DNA of 64,000 nt from Pelagibacteraceae bacterium (GTDB taxonomy: Bacteria > Pseudomonadota > Alphaproteobacteria > HIMB59 > GCA-002718135), in NCBI GenBank assembly GCA_002717485.1, contig PBDW01000007.1, forward strand, positions 213,611 through 277,610, written 5' to 3'. The notes under the pieces were generated by a model, which saw only the letters and a program-made list of their open reading frames with translations, searched no databases and had not been told where the DNA came from. The translations under genes and the position numbers were made by a program. The first letter of the stretch is position 1; each line of letters opens with the position of its first letter. This document shows positions 44,511-56,221 of the stretch, one piece after another.

Positions 44511-45005
44511 TCACATTAAATTTTTTTTATTTAATTCATTAATAACTAAATCTGAAACAAACTTACTAACATCACCTCCAAGTTTATGAACTTCTTTAAC
44601 CAAATTTGATGAAATAAAAGAGTTTTTTTCTGATGACATTAAGAAGATTGTTTCTATTTTTGAATTTAAATGATAATTCATTCCTGTCATTTGAAATTCA
44701 TACTCAAAGTCGGAAACAGCTCTTAAACCTCTAATAATACATGAGGCATTATTTTCTGAAGCAAAATTTGTTAACAAACCTTCAAAAGATTTTACATTTA
44801 TTTTCTCATATAATTCTTTATCTAAATTTAAAATACCGTCATTTATTAATTTAATTCTTTCATCAATTGTAAATAAAGATTTTTTTGAAACATTATTGGT
44901 TATTGATATTATAAGGGAATCAACTATTTTTAGGGATCTTTTTATAATATCAATATGTCCATAAGTAATCGGATCAAATGTTCCTGGATAAATACCAATT
45001 TTCAT
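44511..45005 (-). CDS. coaD: phosphopantetheine adenylyltransferase
   Basis: YPGTFDPITYGHIDII motif; 164 aa. Confidence 0.95.
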   Translation of the reverse strand: MKIGIYPGTFDPITYGHIDIIKRSLKIVDSLIISITNNVSKKSLFTIDERIKLINDGILNLDKELYEKINVKSFEGLLTNFASENNASCIIRGLRAVSDFEYEFQMTGMNYHLNSKIETIFLMSSEKNSFISSNLVKEVHKLGGDVSKFVSDLVINELNKKNLM

Positions 45006-45007
45006 TA

Positions 45008-47674
45008 TTATAAATTTTCTAAATCGCTCACTTTACTCACAGAAACAATTTTTTCTTCATTTGAAACTTTAAAAACAGAGACACCTTTTGTCGTTCTGCC
45101 AGCAATACGAACATCTTTTATAGGAATTCGAATAATTTTACCACCATCTGTTACTAATATAATTTCATCTTCATTCATAACTGGGAATGAGTCAACAACT
45201 TTACCATTTTTACTTGTTATAAGCATACCGGTAATTCCAACACCGCCTCTTCCAGTTACTCTATATTCATAAGCTGAAGATCTTTTTGCAAAACCTTTAT
45301 TAGTAACACTCAATATGAATTCTTCATTTTTATTTAATTCAGTGAATTCTTCATTTTTCATTCTAAAGTTTTGGTCTTTTCTTTTTAAAGATGAGTTTTT
45401 TAAGTATTCTTGACGTATTTTTAAATCTATTGGCGAATGTTTAAGCATCGTCATAGAAATTACTTTATTTTTATTTTTTAATCTTATACCCCTTACTCCC
45501 TTTGAGTTTAAGCCTGATACTAACCTGATCTTTGATATTGGAAAACGAATACATTTACCATCAGTAGTTGAGAGTAAAACATCATCCTTATCATTGCATA
45601 AATTTACTGAAATAAGTATGTCATCTTTGTTAAGTTTTATTGCCGTTTTACCCGTACCTCTGAGTGCGCGGGATCCGCTTTTCGCAACATCATTTAAAAA
45701 ATTTTTTCTTATCATTCCATTGGAGGTTAAAAATATGATCTTCAAGTTACTCCATTCATTTTCATCAACTGGTAATGGAACAACAGCGGAAATAACCTCA
45801 TTATTTTTAAAAGGTAAGAAATTGATAATTGGTTTGCCTCTAGAAATAGGACTTCCTTCTGGGATTTCATATGATTTTAATGAATATACCTTACCAAGAG
45901 ATGAAAAAATTAACAATTTTGTATGAGTTGATGCTACAAACAATTGTGATACAAAATCATTATCTCTCATAGACATTCCTGTTTTACCCTTTCCACCTCT
46001 TTTTTGTGATTTATAATTAGTAAGTGGAACGCGTTTTAAATAACCTCTATGTGATATTGTAATAACAATATCTTCTTTTTGAATAAGATCAATTTTATCT
46101 GAAATTTCTTCTTCTTCATTAAGAATTTGAGTTTTTCTATCTGTCGCAAATTCATTTCTAATATAACTTAACTCATCAATTATTACTTTAAGGAGTTTTG
46201 GATTAGAGTTTAGAATTTCTAAATAATTAGATATTTCTTTTTTAATACTTATTAAATTATTATTTATATCTTCTCTTTCAAAACTTGTAAGTTTATAAAG
46301 TCTCATTTCTAAAATAGATTTTACTTGTTCTTCTGTTAATGAATAATTGATTAAATTTTTATCATTCTCATTTGCATCAAGGATATTAATACTTTTGTTA
46401 ATTTCTTTAGATATTTTCCATTTTATAGATAATAGAGTTTTTTTAGCTTCATTGGAGTCTTTTGATTTTTTAATAATTTCTATAACTTTATCAATATTGT
46501 CATTTGCAATAACAAAACCTATTAATATATGCGCCTTCTCTCTTGCTTTGTTTAGATCATATATAGTTCTTTTTGTTATTATATCTTTTCTAAAGTTTAT
46601 AAATGATTCTAAGATTTCTTTTAAATTTAATTGTTCTGGCTTGCCTTGATTTAAAGCAAGTATATTACTGCTAAATGTTGATTGTAAGGGAGTATGTTTA
46701 TAAAGTTGATTTAATACTACAGAACTTTCTGCATCTCTCTTTAATTCTATTACTACCCTAACTCCATCTCTATCAGATTCATCTCTAATATCTGAAATTC
46801 CATCAATAATCTTATTATTTACTGTTTCGGCTATTCTTTCTAAAAGTTTTGATTTATTTTGTTGATATGGAATCTCATTAACAACAATTGATTCCTTATT
46901 ATTTTTCATAGTTTCAATGGAAGTTTTGGATCTTACCACTGATGAGCCTTTTCCAGTATTATAAGTGTTTTCTATTCCATTTGTTCCAACAATTATTGCT
47001 CCAGTTGGAAAATCTGGACCTTTTATAATATTGTTTAAATCTCTAATTTCTGAATTAGGATTATTGATTAAAAAAATAGTTGCATCTATAACTTCTCCCA
47101 AGTTATGAGGAGGAATATTCGTCGCCATTCCTACAGCTATACCACCTGCTCCATTAACTAATAAATTGGGAAACTTTGCAGGTAATACTGCTGGTTCAAC
47201 ATCAGTATCATCATAATTAGGTTTGAACTCAACAGTTTCCTTATCTAAATCTTGAACTAAAAATTCACTCACTTTCGCAAGTTTAGCCTCGGTGTATCTC
47301 ATCGCTGCGGGTGGGTCCCCATCTACAGAACCAAAATTACCCTGACCATCAATTAGTTCCAATCTCATAGAAAAATTTTGTGCCATTCTGACCATACTTT
47401 CATAAATAGCGGCATCTCCGTGAGGGTGAAATTTTCCCATAACATCTCCAACAATTCTAGCTGATTTACGGTAATTTTTATTATGATTGTATCCAGATTC
47501 ATTCATTGAATATAATATTCTCCTATGAACAGGCTTTAATCCGTCTCTAACATCGGGCAACGCTCTACTAACGATTACGCTCATCGCATAATCTAAATAG
47601 CTCTTTCTCATTTCATCTTCTAATGAGATATTAGATATATTATTGGATGTTAAATCGTTGTTATTGGTTTCCAT
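45008..47674 (-). CDS. gyrA: DNA gyrase subunit A
   Basis: [16 protein letters not shown] (catalytic Tyr) and C-terminal beta-pinwheel repeats. Confidence 0.97.
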   Translation of the reverse strand: METNNNDLTSNNISNISLEDEMRKSYLDYAMSVIVSRALPDVRDGLKPVHRRILYSMNESGYNHNKNYRKSARIVGDVMGKFHPHGDAAIYESMVRMAQNFSMRLELIDGQGNFGSVDGDPPAAMRYTEAKLAKVSEFLVQDLDKETVEFKPNYDDTDVEPAVLPAKFPNLLVNGAGGIAVGMATNIPPHNLGEVIDATIFLINNPNSEIRDLNNIIKGPDFPTGAIIVGTNGIENTYNTGKGSSVVRSKTSIETMKNNKESIVVNEIPYQQNKSKLLERIAETVNNKIIDGISDIRDESDRDGVRVVIELKRDAESSVVLNQLYKHTPLQSTFSSNILALNQGKPEQLNLKEILESFINFRKDIITKRTIYDLNKAREKAHILIGFVIANDNIDKVIEIIKKSKDSNEAKKTLLSIKWKISKEINKSINILDANENDKNLINYSLTEEQVKSILEMRLYKLTSFEREDINNNLISIKKEISNYLEILNSNPKLLKVIIDELSYIRNEFATDRKTQILNEEEEISDKIDLIQKEDIVITISHRGYLKRVPLTNYKSQKRGGKGKTGMSMRDNDFVSQLFVASTHTKLLIFSSLGKVYSLKSYEIPEGSPISRGKPIINFLPFKNNEVISAVVPLPVDENEWSNLKIIFLTSNGMIRKNFLNDVAKSGSRALRGTGKTAIKLNKDDILISVNLCNDKDDVLLSTTDGKCIRFPISKIRLVSGLNSKGVRGIRLKNKNKVISMTMLKHSPIDLKIRQEYLKNSSLKRKDQNFRMKNEEFTELNKNEEFILSVTNKGFAKRSSAYEYRVTGRGGVGITGMLITSKNGKVVDSFPVMNEDEIILVTDGGKIIRIPIKDVRIAGRTTKGVSVFKVSNEEKIVSVSKVSDLENL

Positions 47675-47834
47675 AAGGGTATATTATTTTTTTTTGCTAA
47701 AATTTAATTAAAGAAAAAACAAATAAACTATATCAAAATATTGATGCTCAAACAAATTGATAATTTTGAATAAGTATAATAATTAACTTAATGAATACAA
47801 TATGTTATTATATAAATATAATATATTAAATTAA

Positions 47835-48311
47835 TTAAAAAGGTATATCATCATCGAGTTCAGAAGATGATTCTTTAGCTGATTTCCCCTCAATTGATTG
47901 ATTTAAGTCTTGATCGCTATTTTCGGAGTTTTCAATAGGTTTATTTGTTGTACCCGTAGTTCTGCTATCAAGAAGTGTTAAATTTGAATTATAACCCTGT
48001 AACAACACTTCTGTGGTGTATCTGTCTTTACCATCTTGATCAGTCCATTTTCTAGTTTGAAGCTCTCCCTCAATGTAGATTTTTGAACCTTTTTTTACAT
48101 ATTTTTCAATAATATCCACAAGACCATTACTGAAAACAACAATTTTGTGCCATTCAGTTTTTTCTTTATATTCTTGACTCTCTTTATCTTTCCAACGCTT
48201 CGAAGTTGCTATTGAAAAAGATGCGAGTTTTGAGCCATTTTGAGTAACTCTAATATCGGGATCTTTGCCTATATTTCCCAATAAAATAACTTTATTAACA
48301 CTTCCAACCAT
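47835..48311 (-). CDS. ssb: single-stranded DNA-binding protein
   Basis: N-terminal OB fold starting NKVILLGN.G.DP, and an acidic tail DDDIPF. Confidence 0.95.
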   Translation of the reverse strand: MVGSVNKVILLGNIGKDPDIRVTQNGSKLASFSIATSKRWKDKESQEYKEKTEWHKIVVFSNGLVDIIEKYVKKGSKIYIEGELQTRKWTDQDGKDRYTTEVLLQGYNSNLTLLDSRTTGTTNKPIENSENSDQDLNQSIEGKSAKESSSELDDDIPF

Positions 48312-48377
48312 TATAAAACCTCACTTAATTTAATTTTCATACTATATCATTTTTTAAGTTAAAATCTCGAAAAATCG

Positions 48378-51239
48378 ATGGCAACGGATAAAATAATTAT
48401 AAAGGGTGCTAGGGAGCACAATTTAAAAAATATCAACATAGAAATTCCCAAAAATAAGCTAGTTGTTATAACTGGAGTCAGCGGATCAGGAAAATCTACA
48501 TTGGCTTTTGATACAATTTATGCGGAAGGGCAAAGAAGGTATGTTGAATCATTAAGTGCATATGCTCGTCAATTTTTACAAATGATGGAAAAGCCAAATG
48601 TTGATAGTATTGAAGGCTTGTCTCCTGCTATTTCTATAGAACAAAAAACTACTTCTAAAAATCCTAGATCAACAGTTGGAACAATAACAGAAATATATGA
48701 TTATTTAAGAGTGTTATTTGCCAGGGTTGGGATACCATATTCTCCAACAACTGGTAAACCTATTAAATCTCAGTCAGTTCAGGAAATAGTCGATTTAATT
48801 ATTTCATCATGTAAAAATTCTAAAATTTTTCTTCTATCTCCAATAGCAAGAAATAAAAAAGGGGAATTTAAAAAAGAATTTGAAGATTTAAAAAAATCAG
48901 GATTTCAAAGGTTGAAAATTAATAATGAAATTTATGATGTGAATGAACTTCCAAAATTGGATAAAAAATATAAACATAATATTGATGTAATAGTAGACCG
49001 TTTAATTTTAGATAAAACATCTTTACAAAAGAAACATATAAAAAAATTAAAATCAAGATTAGCTGAAAGTATTGAAACATCATTAAATTTAAGTAATGGT
49101 ATTTTATATGTTGATAATATATCAACTAAAGAAAACAAGGTCTATTCATCTAGATTCGCATGTCCTGTCTCAGGTTTTACAATAGAAGATATTGAACCAA
49201 GACTATTTAGTTTTAATAATCCACAAGGAGCTTGTAAGGAGTGTGATGGAATTGGATATGAAAAATATTTTGATGAAAAACTAATTGTACCAGACGACAG
49301 CAAATCAATTATTGAAGGCGCATTAAGACCTTGGGAGACTAAGGTATTTTCAAAAAATAAAAAATTTCTCATACAAATATTATCATCAATACTTAGTCAT
49401 TATAAAATAAATATTAATACTCAATGGAGGAAAATTCCTAAAAATATTAGAAAGATAATTTTAGAAGGATCTAATGATCTGGATGATGTAAAATTATTAA
49501 CAATTAATTCAATAACAGATGGTAGTAAAAGTTTTGAAGGTATAATTAATTATATAGACAGAAAATATGAAGAAACTGAGAGATTCTGGATTCAGTATGA
49601 ATTAGAAAAATATTTATCTGATGCAAAATGTGTAAAATGTAATGGTTATAGATTAAATGAACAGGCAATGGCCGTAAAAATTGATGGATTACACATTGGA
49701 GAAATCACAAAAAAAAATATTAGAGATTGTTTAATATGGTTTAAAAATTTTGATCAAGATTTAAATAAAAATCAAAAAGAAATTGCAAAAAATTTAATTA
49801 AAGAAATAACTAATAGATTAGATTTTTTAAATAAAGTTGGTCTTAACTATTTAACCTTATCCAGATCAAGTAAAACTTTATCCGGTGGTGAATCACAAAG
49901 AATAAGACTCGCAAGTCAAATTGGCTCAGGACTTACGGGGGTATTATATGTTTTGGACGAACCTTCAATTGGCTTACACCAAAAAGACAATCAGAAATTG
50001 ATTGAAACATTAATTAGGTTAAGAGATTTGGGAAATACTGTAATCGTTGTTGAACATGACGAAGAAGCTATAAGAAGTGCCGATCATATAATAGATATTG
50101 GATTAAAAGCAGGTATTAATGGAGGCTCTGTAGTAGCAGAAGGTAATTTAGATAATATTATACAAACAAATAACAGTTTAACTGCTGATTATTTAAATAA
50201 AAAAAAGCAAATATATGTACCAGAAAAAAGAAAAACTATTAATGGCAAATTTTTATCTTTTAATAATATTAATATTAATAATCTAAAAAACTTATCAGTA
50301 GATATTCCTTTAGGAACTTTTATTAGTGTAACGGGGGTTTCCGGAAGTGGAAAATCTTCTTTAGTTTTAGACACAATATTTAAAAATCTAAATGAATTTT
50401 ACAATACTACTGGAAACAAAAAAGAGACTGATTTTAATATAAGAGGAAGTAAGTATATAGATAAAGTTATTGATATTAATCAATCACCAATTGGAAGGAC
50501 TCCTAGATCAAACCCTATTACATACACAGGTTGTTTTACTCCAATAAGAGATTGGTATGCAAATCTTCCTGAATCAAAAGCTAAAGGATACAAACCTGGA
50601 AGGTTTTCCTTTAATGTGCAAGGTGGAAGGTGTGAAGAATGTGAAGGTGATGGTGTCAAAAGAATAGAAATGCATTTGTTGGCAGATGTGTATGTAAAAT
50701 GTAATTTATGTAAAGGTAGAAGATATAATAGAGAAACTTTACAAGTAAAATATAATAATAAAACTATAGCCGATGTTTTAAATATGACTGTCGATGAAGC
50801 ATATTCTTTTTTTATTAAAATCCCTCCAATTAGAGATAAATTGTATGTATTAAAAGATGTTGGTTTAGGATATATTAAATTAGGTCAACCAGCTACAACA
50901 CTTTCAGGTGGCGAAGCTCAAAGAATTAAATTATCAAAAGAATTAGCAAAAAGATCAACAGGTAAAACTTTGTACATCCTTGATGAACCAACTACTGGAT
51001 TACATTTTGAAGATGTAAAGAAACTTTTAAATATTTTACATAGACTTGTAAATGAAGGTAATACGGTTATCGTAATTGAGCATAATCTTGATGTCGTGAA
51101 AACTTCAGATTGGATTATTGATTTAGGTCCTGAGGGAGGTGATAAAGGAGGAAAAATTATTTATTCTGGAAATATTAAAAATATTATTAATAAAAAAACA
51201 AGTTTCACAGGTAAATATTTGAAAAAACACTTAAAATAG
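48378..51239 (+). CDS. uvrA: excinuclease ABC subunit A
   Basis: Two ABC modules (GVSGSGKST and GVSGSGKSS; LSGGESQR and LSGGEAQR) plus Cys4 zinc modules. Confidence 0.97.
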   Translation: MATDKIIIKGAREHNLKNINIEIPKNKLVVITGVSGSGKSTLAFDTIYAEGQRRYVESLSAYARQFLQMMEKPNVDSIEGLSPAISIEQKTTSKNPRSTVGTITEIYDYLRVLFARVGIPYSPTTGKPIKSQSVQEIVDLIISSCKNSKIFLLSPIARNKKGEFKKEFEDLKKSGFQRLKINNEIYDVNELPKLDKKYKHNIDVIVDRLILDKTSLQKKHIKKLKSRLAESIETSLNLSNGILYVDNISTKENKVYSSRFACPVSGFTIEDIEPRLFSFNNPQGACKECDGIGYEKYFDEKLIVPDDSKSIIEGALRPWETKVFSKNKKFLIQILSSILSHYKININTQWRKIPKNIRKIILEGSNDLDDVKLLTINSITDGSKSFEGIINYIDRKYEETERFWIQYELEKYLSDAKCVKCNGYRLNEQAMAVKIDGLHIGEITKKNIRDCLIWFKNFDQDLNKNQKEIAKNLIKEITNRLDFLNKVGLNYLTLSRSSKTLSGGESQRIRLASQIGSGLTGVLYVLDEPSIGLHQKDNQKLIETLIRLRDLGNTVIVVEHDEEAIRSADHIIDIGLKAGINGGSVVAEGNLDNIIQTNNSLTADYLNKKKQIYVPEKRKTINGKFLSFNNININNLKNLSVDIPLGTFISVTGVSGSGKSSLVLDTIFKNLNEFYNTTGNKKETDFNIRGSKYIDKVIDINQSPIGRTPRSNPITYTGCFTPIRDWYANLPESKAKGYKPGRFSFNVQGGRCEECEGDGVKRIEMHLLADVYVKCNLCKGRRYNRETLQVKYNNKTIADVLNMTVDEAYSFFIKIPPIRDKLYVLKDVGLGYIKLGQPATTLSGGEAQRIKLSKELAKRSTGKTLYILDEPTTGLHFEDVKKLLNILHRLVNEGNTVIVIEHNLDVVKTSDWIIDLGPEGGDKGGKIIYSGNIKNIINKKTSFTGKYLKKHLK

Positions 51240-51277
51240 CAATTTTAAAGATAGATAAAATATGTTAAAATAACTTA

Positions 51278-51880
51278 ATGGTATCAATACTTCAATCACT
51301 ACAAAAGACTGTAATTGCAGGAATAATTTTAGCAATATTACTTTTTATTTTTATGATTTTTATAAGTGGTGGCTGGACAATGGATACATATTTCTGGAGC
51401 GCAATCTTTAGATATCTCCATGTGCTATCAGGCATAATGTGGATAGGTCTACTATGGTATTTAAATTTTGTTCAGATTCCAAGTATGCCTAAAATACCTG
51501 ATGATCAAAAACCTGCTATAGGAAAAATTATTGCGCCTGCAGTTCTCTTTTGGTTTCGTTGGGCTGCATTATCAACAATAGTTACAGGTTTAATAGTTGC
51601 ATATTTAAATGGATATATTCATGAAGCAATGGCTCTAGGTTTAATGGGGGGAAGTCCAAAAAATATTACCATTGGTATTGGTATGTGGTTGGGAATAATT
51701 ATGGCCTATAATGTCTGGATGATTATTTGGCCAAATCAAAAAAAGGCCTTAGGTATTATTGAATCTCCTCCAGAAGAAAAAGCTAAATCTGCAAAAACAG
51801 CAATGTTAACATCTAGAATAAATACCTTGCTGTCTATTCCTATGCTTCTTTCAATGGTTACTGCTCAAAATTTATTTTAA
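51278..51880 (+). CDS. conserved integral membrane protein of unknown function
   Basis: 200 aa, 4-5 TM segments, RYLHVLSGIMWIGLLWYLNFVQ motif. It vaguely resembles the membrane half of PuuD-type proteins; not assigned. Confidence 0.4.
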   Translation: MVSILQSLQKTVIAGIILAILLFIFMIFISGGWTMDTYFWSAIFRYLHVLSGIMWIGLLWYLNFVQIPSMPKIPDDQKPAIGKIIAPAVLFWFRWAALSTIVTGLIVAYLNGYIHEAMALGLMGGSPKNITIGIGMWLGIIMAYNVWMIIWPNQKKALGIIESPPEEKAKSAKTAMLTSRINTLLSIPMLLSMVTAQNLF

Positions 51881-51888
51881 AAGTAATT

Positions 51889-52788
51889 TTAATTTTCTTC
51901 GTCAACAGGTCTAAATTTAAATAATAGTAAAGTTGGTATTGCAATAAATATTGAAGAGTAAGTTCCAATTAGTACCCCAATTATCATTGTAAACGAAAAT
52001 GATTTAATGACTGCTCCTCCTAAAAAAAATAGTGAAAATAGGGCAATTAGTGTAGTTAGTGTTGTTATTACGGTTCTTGATAATGTATTATTTATGGAAA
52101 GATTTAATAATTCCAATAACTGCAATTTTTTATATTTTCTTAAATTTTCTCTGACTCTATCAAAAATAACAACGGTATCATTAATTGAATATCCAGCTAT
52201 AGTCAGCATCGCAGCTATTGATGCGAGATTAAAATCTATTTCTAAAATTGATAGCACTCCTAAAGTAATAATAACATCATGAATTAATGCCAAAACAGCG
52301 CCAAAGCCGAAATGCCATTCAAATCTAAACCAAATGTAAATTAGAATAGCTATTATCGCAAATAAAATTGCCTTTAAGCCATTTATATATAATTCTTGAC
52401 TAATAGTTGGACCAACAAATTCGGATCTTCTAAATTCTATAACTTTTTCATTAATTAAAGATTTAACTTTATTAATTAATAAAATTTCATTTGAGTTATT
52501 TTGATCTTGTAATCTTATAATAAAATTATCAGATGAGCCAAATTCTTGAATTGTTAAATCATTAAAGTCATCTTTTAATAGAGATCTTAATTCAGAAATA
52601 TTTGTATCTTTTGTTTTAACCTCAATTAAAATCCCTCCTTTAAAATCAATACCAAGATTTAACCCTTTAAATATAAACAAAATTATTGTTCCGATAATAA
52701 GAGTAGAAGATACAAATAACATTAAATTTTTAAATTTTAAAAAATTAACATTAGGATTTACTGGAATTATTTTTTCAATATTAAACAT
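51889..52788 (-). CDS. secF: protein translocase subunit SecF
   Basis: GIDFKGG motif, C-terminal 5-TM bundle, follows secD. Confidence 0.92.
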   Translation of the reverse strand: MFNIEKIIPVNPNVNFLKFKNLMLFVSSTLIIGTIILFIFKGLNLGIDFKGGILIEVKTKDTNISELRSLLKDDFNDLTIQEFGSSDNFIIRLQDQNNSNEILLINKVKSLINEKVIEFRRSEFVGPTISQELYINGLKAILFAIIAILIYIWFRFEWHFGFGAVLALIHDVIITLGVLSILEIDFNLASIAAMLTIAGYSINDTVVIFDRVRENLRKYKKLQLLELLNLSINNTLSRTVITTLTTLIALFSLFFLGGAVIKSFSFTMIIGVLIGTYSSIFIAIPTLLLFKFRPVDEEN

Positions 52789-52790
52789 TT

Positions 52791-54335
52791 TTATAATATT
52801 TCTTTAGGTTTAGATATATTAAACCAACTAAGGATTATAATATTGGTTAATAAAATTGCTGTAAACATTGAGGCTATAACTCCTAGTGATAAAGTAATTG
52901 AAAAACCTCTTACAGGTCCAGATCCAAAAATATACAAAATAAAGGCAGCAATTAGAGTTGTTATATTTGCATCTAAAATTGTTGATATTGCTCTGGCATA
53001 TCCAGTATTTATTGCTCCTATAACAAAAGAATTTTTTAATCTTTCTTCTTTGATTCTTTCAAAAATTAGAACATTAGCATCAACTGCCATACCTATGGTA
53101 AGAACAATTCCTGCTATTCCTGGAAGGGTTAAAGTAGCACCTATTAAAGATAATAGTGAGATAATAATAAATAAATTAACAATTAAAGCTATGTTTGCGA
53201 CAATTCCAAAAAAACCATAAAGCAAAATCATAAATATACAAACGAGTATAAAACCAATTATGGATGCAGTTTTCCCAGCATTAATAGAATCTGAACCTAA
53301 TCCCGGTCCTACAGATCTTTCTTCTATTATTTCAAGAGGAGCTGGTAATGCACCTGCTCTCAGCAATAGCGCTAAATCTTGAGCTTCCTGAATTGTAAAA
53401 CTTCCAGTTATAACACCATTACCACCTGTAATCGCACTTCTAATTACAGGCGCTGTGATAACTTTTCCATCAAGTATAACGGCAAATCTTTTACCAACAT
53501 TTTTAGTCGTTGCCTTTCCAAATTTACGCGCACCTAAAGGGTCAAATCTAAATGAAACAGCAGGGCTATTTTGCTCATAAGTAGGTTGTGCATCAACTAA
53601 ATTTTCTCCCCCTACTCTAATTCTTTTTTCAACTAAATAAAAAATGTTTTCATCAATATAATCCTGCATAATCATAGTCCCGGGTGGTGGAGTATTATTT
53701 AGTAAAGAATTTTGATTTTCATCATCAACCATATGAAATGTTAATTTTGCAGTTTTGCCTAACAAATTTTTAATTCTTTCAGGATCTTTAATCCCTGGTA
53801 ATTGTAATAAAATCCTATTACTTCCCTGTATTTGAATTAGAGGTTCTTTTGTTCCTGATTCATCTATTCTTTTTCTTACAATTTCCAATGATTGTTTAAT
53901 CGCTGATTCAAGAATTCTTTTTTTGTAATTCTCAGATAAATTAATAAATATTATATTATTGTCTTTTCGAAACTCTAAATTAGAAAAATTTTTATTTCCA
54001 TAGCTTACTATTTTATTATAATCATCAATATCATTTAAGTTAATAATTATATTTTGCTTATTAATATTAATTGAATTTATAATTAAATTTTCATCTCTTA
54101 TAAATTGTCTAAAAAAAATAGTTAAATTATTTATTTCTTCTTCTATTAATATTTCGTTCTGTACCTCAAGTAATAAGTGAGATCCACCTTGGAGATCTAA
54201 ACCAAGATTTATTTTTTTTTCATAAAACCAATTATTTGTATCTTTTAAATTTAAAATTGTAGGAATAGAAAATATAAAAGAAGATACCACAATGATCAAT
54301 ACAAAAAATACTTTCCAAGTAAGAAGTGATCTCAT
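52791..54335 (-). CDS. secD: protein translocase subunit SecD
   Basis: LGLDLQGGSHLLLEV, periplasmic P1 domain, C-terminal TM bundle. Confidence 0.92.
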   Translation of the reverse strand: MRSLLTWKVFFVLIIVVSSFIFSIPTILNLKDTNNWFYEKKINLGLDLQGGSHLLLEVQNEILIEEEINNLTIFFRQFIRDENLIINSININKQNIIINLNDIDDYNKIVSYGNKNFSNLEFRKDNNIIFINLSENYKKRILESAIKQSLEIVRKRIDESGTKEPLIQIQGSNRILLQLPGIKDPERIKNLLGKTAKLTFHMVDDENQNSLLNNTPPPGTMIMQDYIDENIFYLVEKRIRVGGENLVDAQPTYEQNSPAVSFRFDPLGARKFGKATTKNVGKRFAVILDGKVITAPVIRSAITGGNGVITGSFTIQEAQDLALLLRAGALPAPLEIIEERSVGPGLGSDSINAGKTASIIGFILVCIFMILLYGFFGIVANIALIVNLFIIISLLSLIGATLTLPGIAGIVLTIGMAVDANVLIFERIKEERLKNSFVIGAINTGYARAISTILDANITTLIAAFILYIFGSGPVRGFSITLSLGVIASMFTAILLTNIIILSWFNISKPKEIL

Positions 54336-54348
54336 ATGCTATATATAT

Positions 54349-54699
54349 TTAACTTTTATTTTTTTTTTCAAATAAACTAGATAAAATTGAACCGCTTTTT
54401 TTAATTTGATCTTGATTGTTATTTGATGGTAAATCTTTTTTCTGAATTAATTCTGAAACCATACCTGATGCTACATTAACTGTTACATTTTCCGAAATTT
54501 GAACTAACAGCTCCTTATTATCCTCAACTTTACTTATAGTTCCAATAATTCCACCAGATGTTACAATTTTATCCCCTCTTTTTAAATTATTAATCATTTC
54601 ACGATGTAATTTAATCTTTCTTTGTTGTGGTCTTATTAACAAAAACCAAAAAACAACAAAAATAAGTATTAAGGGTAATAATCCGCCTAATTGCTCCAT
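54349..54699 (-). CDS. yajC: preprotein translocase subunit YajC
   Basis: LIRPQQRK...GDKIVTSGGIIGTI motif. Upstream of secDF. Confidence 0.9.
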   Translation of the reverse strand: MEQLGGLLPLILIFVVFWFLLIRPQQRKIKLHREMINNLKRGDKIVTSGGIIGTISKVEDNKELLVQISENVTVNVASGMVSELIQKKDLPSNNNQDQIKKSGSILSSLFEKKNKS

Positions 54700-54777
54700 T
54701 TGACCTCTTTAATTAAAATTTAAAATTGTTTATACTTAAATCAGATATTATGCAATTAAAGTTAATAATATTTCAAT

Positions 54778-55590
54778 ATGTTTACTAAATTAATAGCTAA
54801 ATTTAAAAATAATTTGATTTTATCAAAGAAAAAGTGGTTTATTTGGAATAAGGAATCGTCGGCAATTAAAGAGATAAATAATATGAAAACAATACCATCA
54901 ATTTTACTTGTTGGAATTGAATATCAAAAAGAAACAATTTATAAAAATACAGTTAAATTTGCAAAAGGTTTTAAATCAAATAATGCTTTATTATGGGGTA
55001 CAAGAGGAAATGGAAAAAGTACTATAATAAAATCAATTTTTAATGAAATCTCTAAAAAGTATATTAATCTAAAATTAGTTCAATTAGAAAAAAAAGATTT
55101 AGATAACATATCTGATGTTTATAATTTTTTAGAAATACAAAATAAATTTCAATTTATTATTTTCATTGATGATTTGTCATTTGAAAATGACAATTATGAA
55201 TACAAAAAAATTAAATCTATTTTAGATGGCGGCATTAAAAACCAACCTAATAATATTTTAATATATGCTACATCAAACAGAAGGCACTTAATTTCTCAAG
55301 ATATGATAGATAATGAAAAATCTTCAGCAATTCACACCCATGAAAACGTTGAAGAAAAGATATCTCTTTCAGACAGATTTGGTTTATGGATTGGTTTCCA
55401 CAATATATCTCAGGATGAATATTTAAAAATAATAAGAAATTACAATTTATATTTTAAAATAGAATTGAATGAATCTCAAATTATGGATTCATTAAAGTGG
55501 TCCAAATCAAGGGGTAATAGATCTGGAAGAACTGCGTGGCAATACATAATAGAAACTGCATCTAATAAGGGAATAAATATAGACTATTAA
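54778..55590 (+). CDS. DUF815-family AAA-type ATPase
   Basis: NNALLWGTRGNGKST Walker A, IIFIDDLSF Walker B, ATSNRRHL. Confidence 0.7.
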   Translation: MFTKLIAKFKNNLILSKKKWFIWNKESSAIKEINNMKTIPSILLVGIEYQKETIYKNTVKFAKGFKSNNALLWGTRGNGKSTIIKSIFNEISKKYINLKLVQLEKKDLDNISDVYNFLEIQNKFQFIIFIDDLSFENDNYEYKKIKSILDGGIKNQPNNILIYATSNRRHLISQDMIDNEKSSAIHTHENVEEKISLSDRFGLWIGFHNISQDEYLKIIRNYNLYFKIELNESQIMDSLKWSKSRGNRSGRTAWQYIIETASNKGINIDY

Positions 55591-56219
55591 TTTACTGAAC
55601 CAGGTAAATTTGGAACAAAGATAACTTCTGTAATATTTTGAGAAATAATTTTCTTATCTTTTCTTATAAATTTTTTTAATATTTGTTTTCCATCTTCTCC
55701 GATCATTGGAGCTATAATAATACCTTCATCTTTTATCTGTGAGATAATATTTTTGCTCAATTCTTTAGTTGCGGCAGTTATGATTATTCTATCAAAAGGT
55801 CTCTGCTCAAACCATCCTTTATTTCCATCTCCAACTTTTGTTACTACATTGGTTATTTTTAAATCTTTAAGTGTATTTTCTGCTTTAATCGATAATTCTT
55901 TAATTCTTTCTATTGTATAAACTCTTCGACATAACTTTGATAAAATTGCAGTTTGGTATCCGCTACCAGTTCCCAACTCAAGAACTTTATGTGTTTTAAT
56001 AAGTTCTAAATTTTGTGTCATCAAGGCAACAATTAATGGTTGACTTATCGTTTGATCATTGCCAATTGGCAATGCAATATTCTCATATGCTTGATGTTTA
56101 AATGTTTCTGGAATAAAATTCATTCTTGGTATTTTTTCTATAACGGACAATACTTTACTATCCGTAATACCGGATTCTCTTAACTCCATTATAAGTCTTA
56201 TTTTTCTTACATCTACCAA
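55587..56219 (-). CDS. pcm: protein-L-isoaspartate O-methyltransferase
   Basis: QTISQP and VLELGTGSGYQTAIL motifs. Confidence 0.9.
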   Translation of the reverse strand: MVDVRKIRLIMELRESGITDSKVLSVIEKIPRMNFIPETFKHQAYENIALPIGNDQTISQPLIVALMTQNLELIKTHKVLELGTGSGYQTAILSKLCRRVYTIERIKELSIKAENTLKDLKITNVVTKVGDGNKGWFEQRPFDRIIITAATKELSKNIISQIKDEGIIIAPMIGEDGKQILKKFIRKDKKIISQNITEVIFVPNLPGSVN

Positions 56220-56221
56220 TA

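Noticed and set aside
45594-46649. ORF-track entries 45594-45926(+) and 46347-46649(+), plus 44955-45272(+), antisense to gyrA/coaD
   Set aside because: They lie wholly inside strongly conserved genes on the other strand and have low-complexity Ile/Phe/Ser/Leu-rich translations. These are typical shadow ORFs of AT-rich DNA.
48312-48377. Looked for an alphaproteobacterial LexA box (GTTC-N7-GTTC / GAAC-N7-GAAC) in the divergent ssb-uvrA promoter region
   Set aside because: No GAAC/GTTC pair is present in the 66-nt spacer, so no SOS operator can be claimed from the sequence.
48919-50374. Four minus-strand ORFs (48919-49125, 48932-49138, 49142-49372, 50189-50374) inside uvrA
   Set aside because: They are antisense shadows within an unambiguous uvrA frame, with no motifs or ribosome-binding sites.
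52007-53220. Plus-strand ORFs 52007-52282 and 52843-53220 within secF/secD
   Set aside because: They are shadow ORFs opposite conserved Sec genes.
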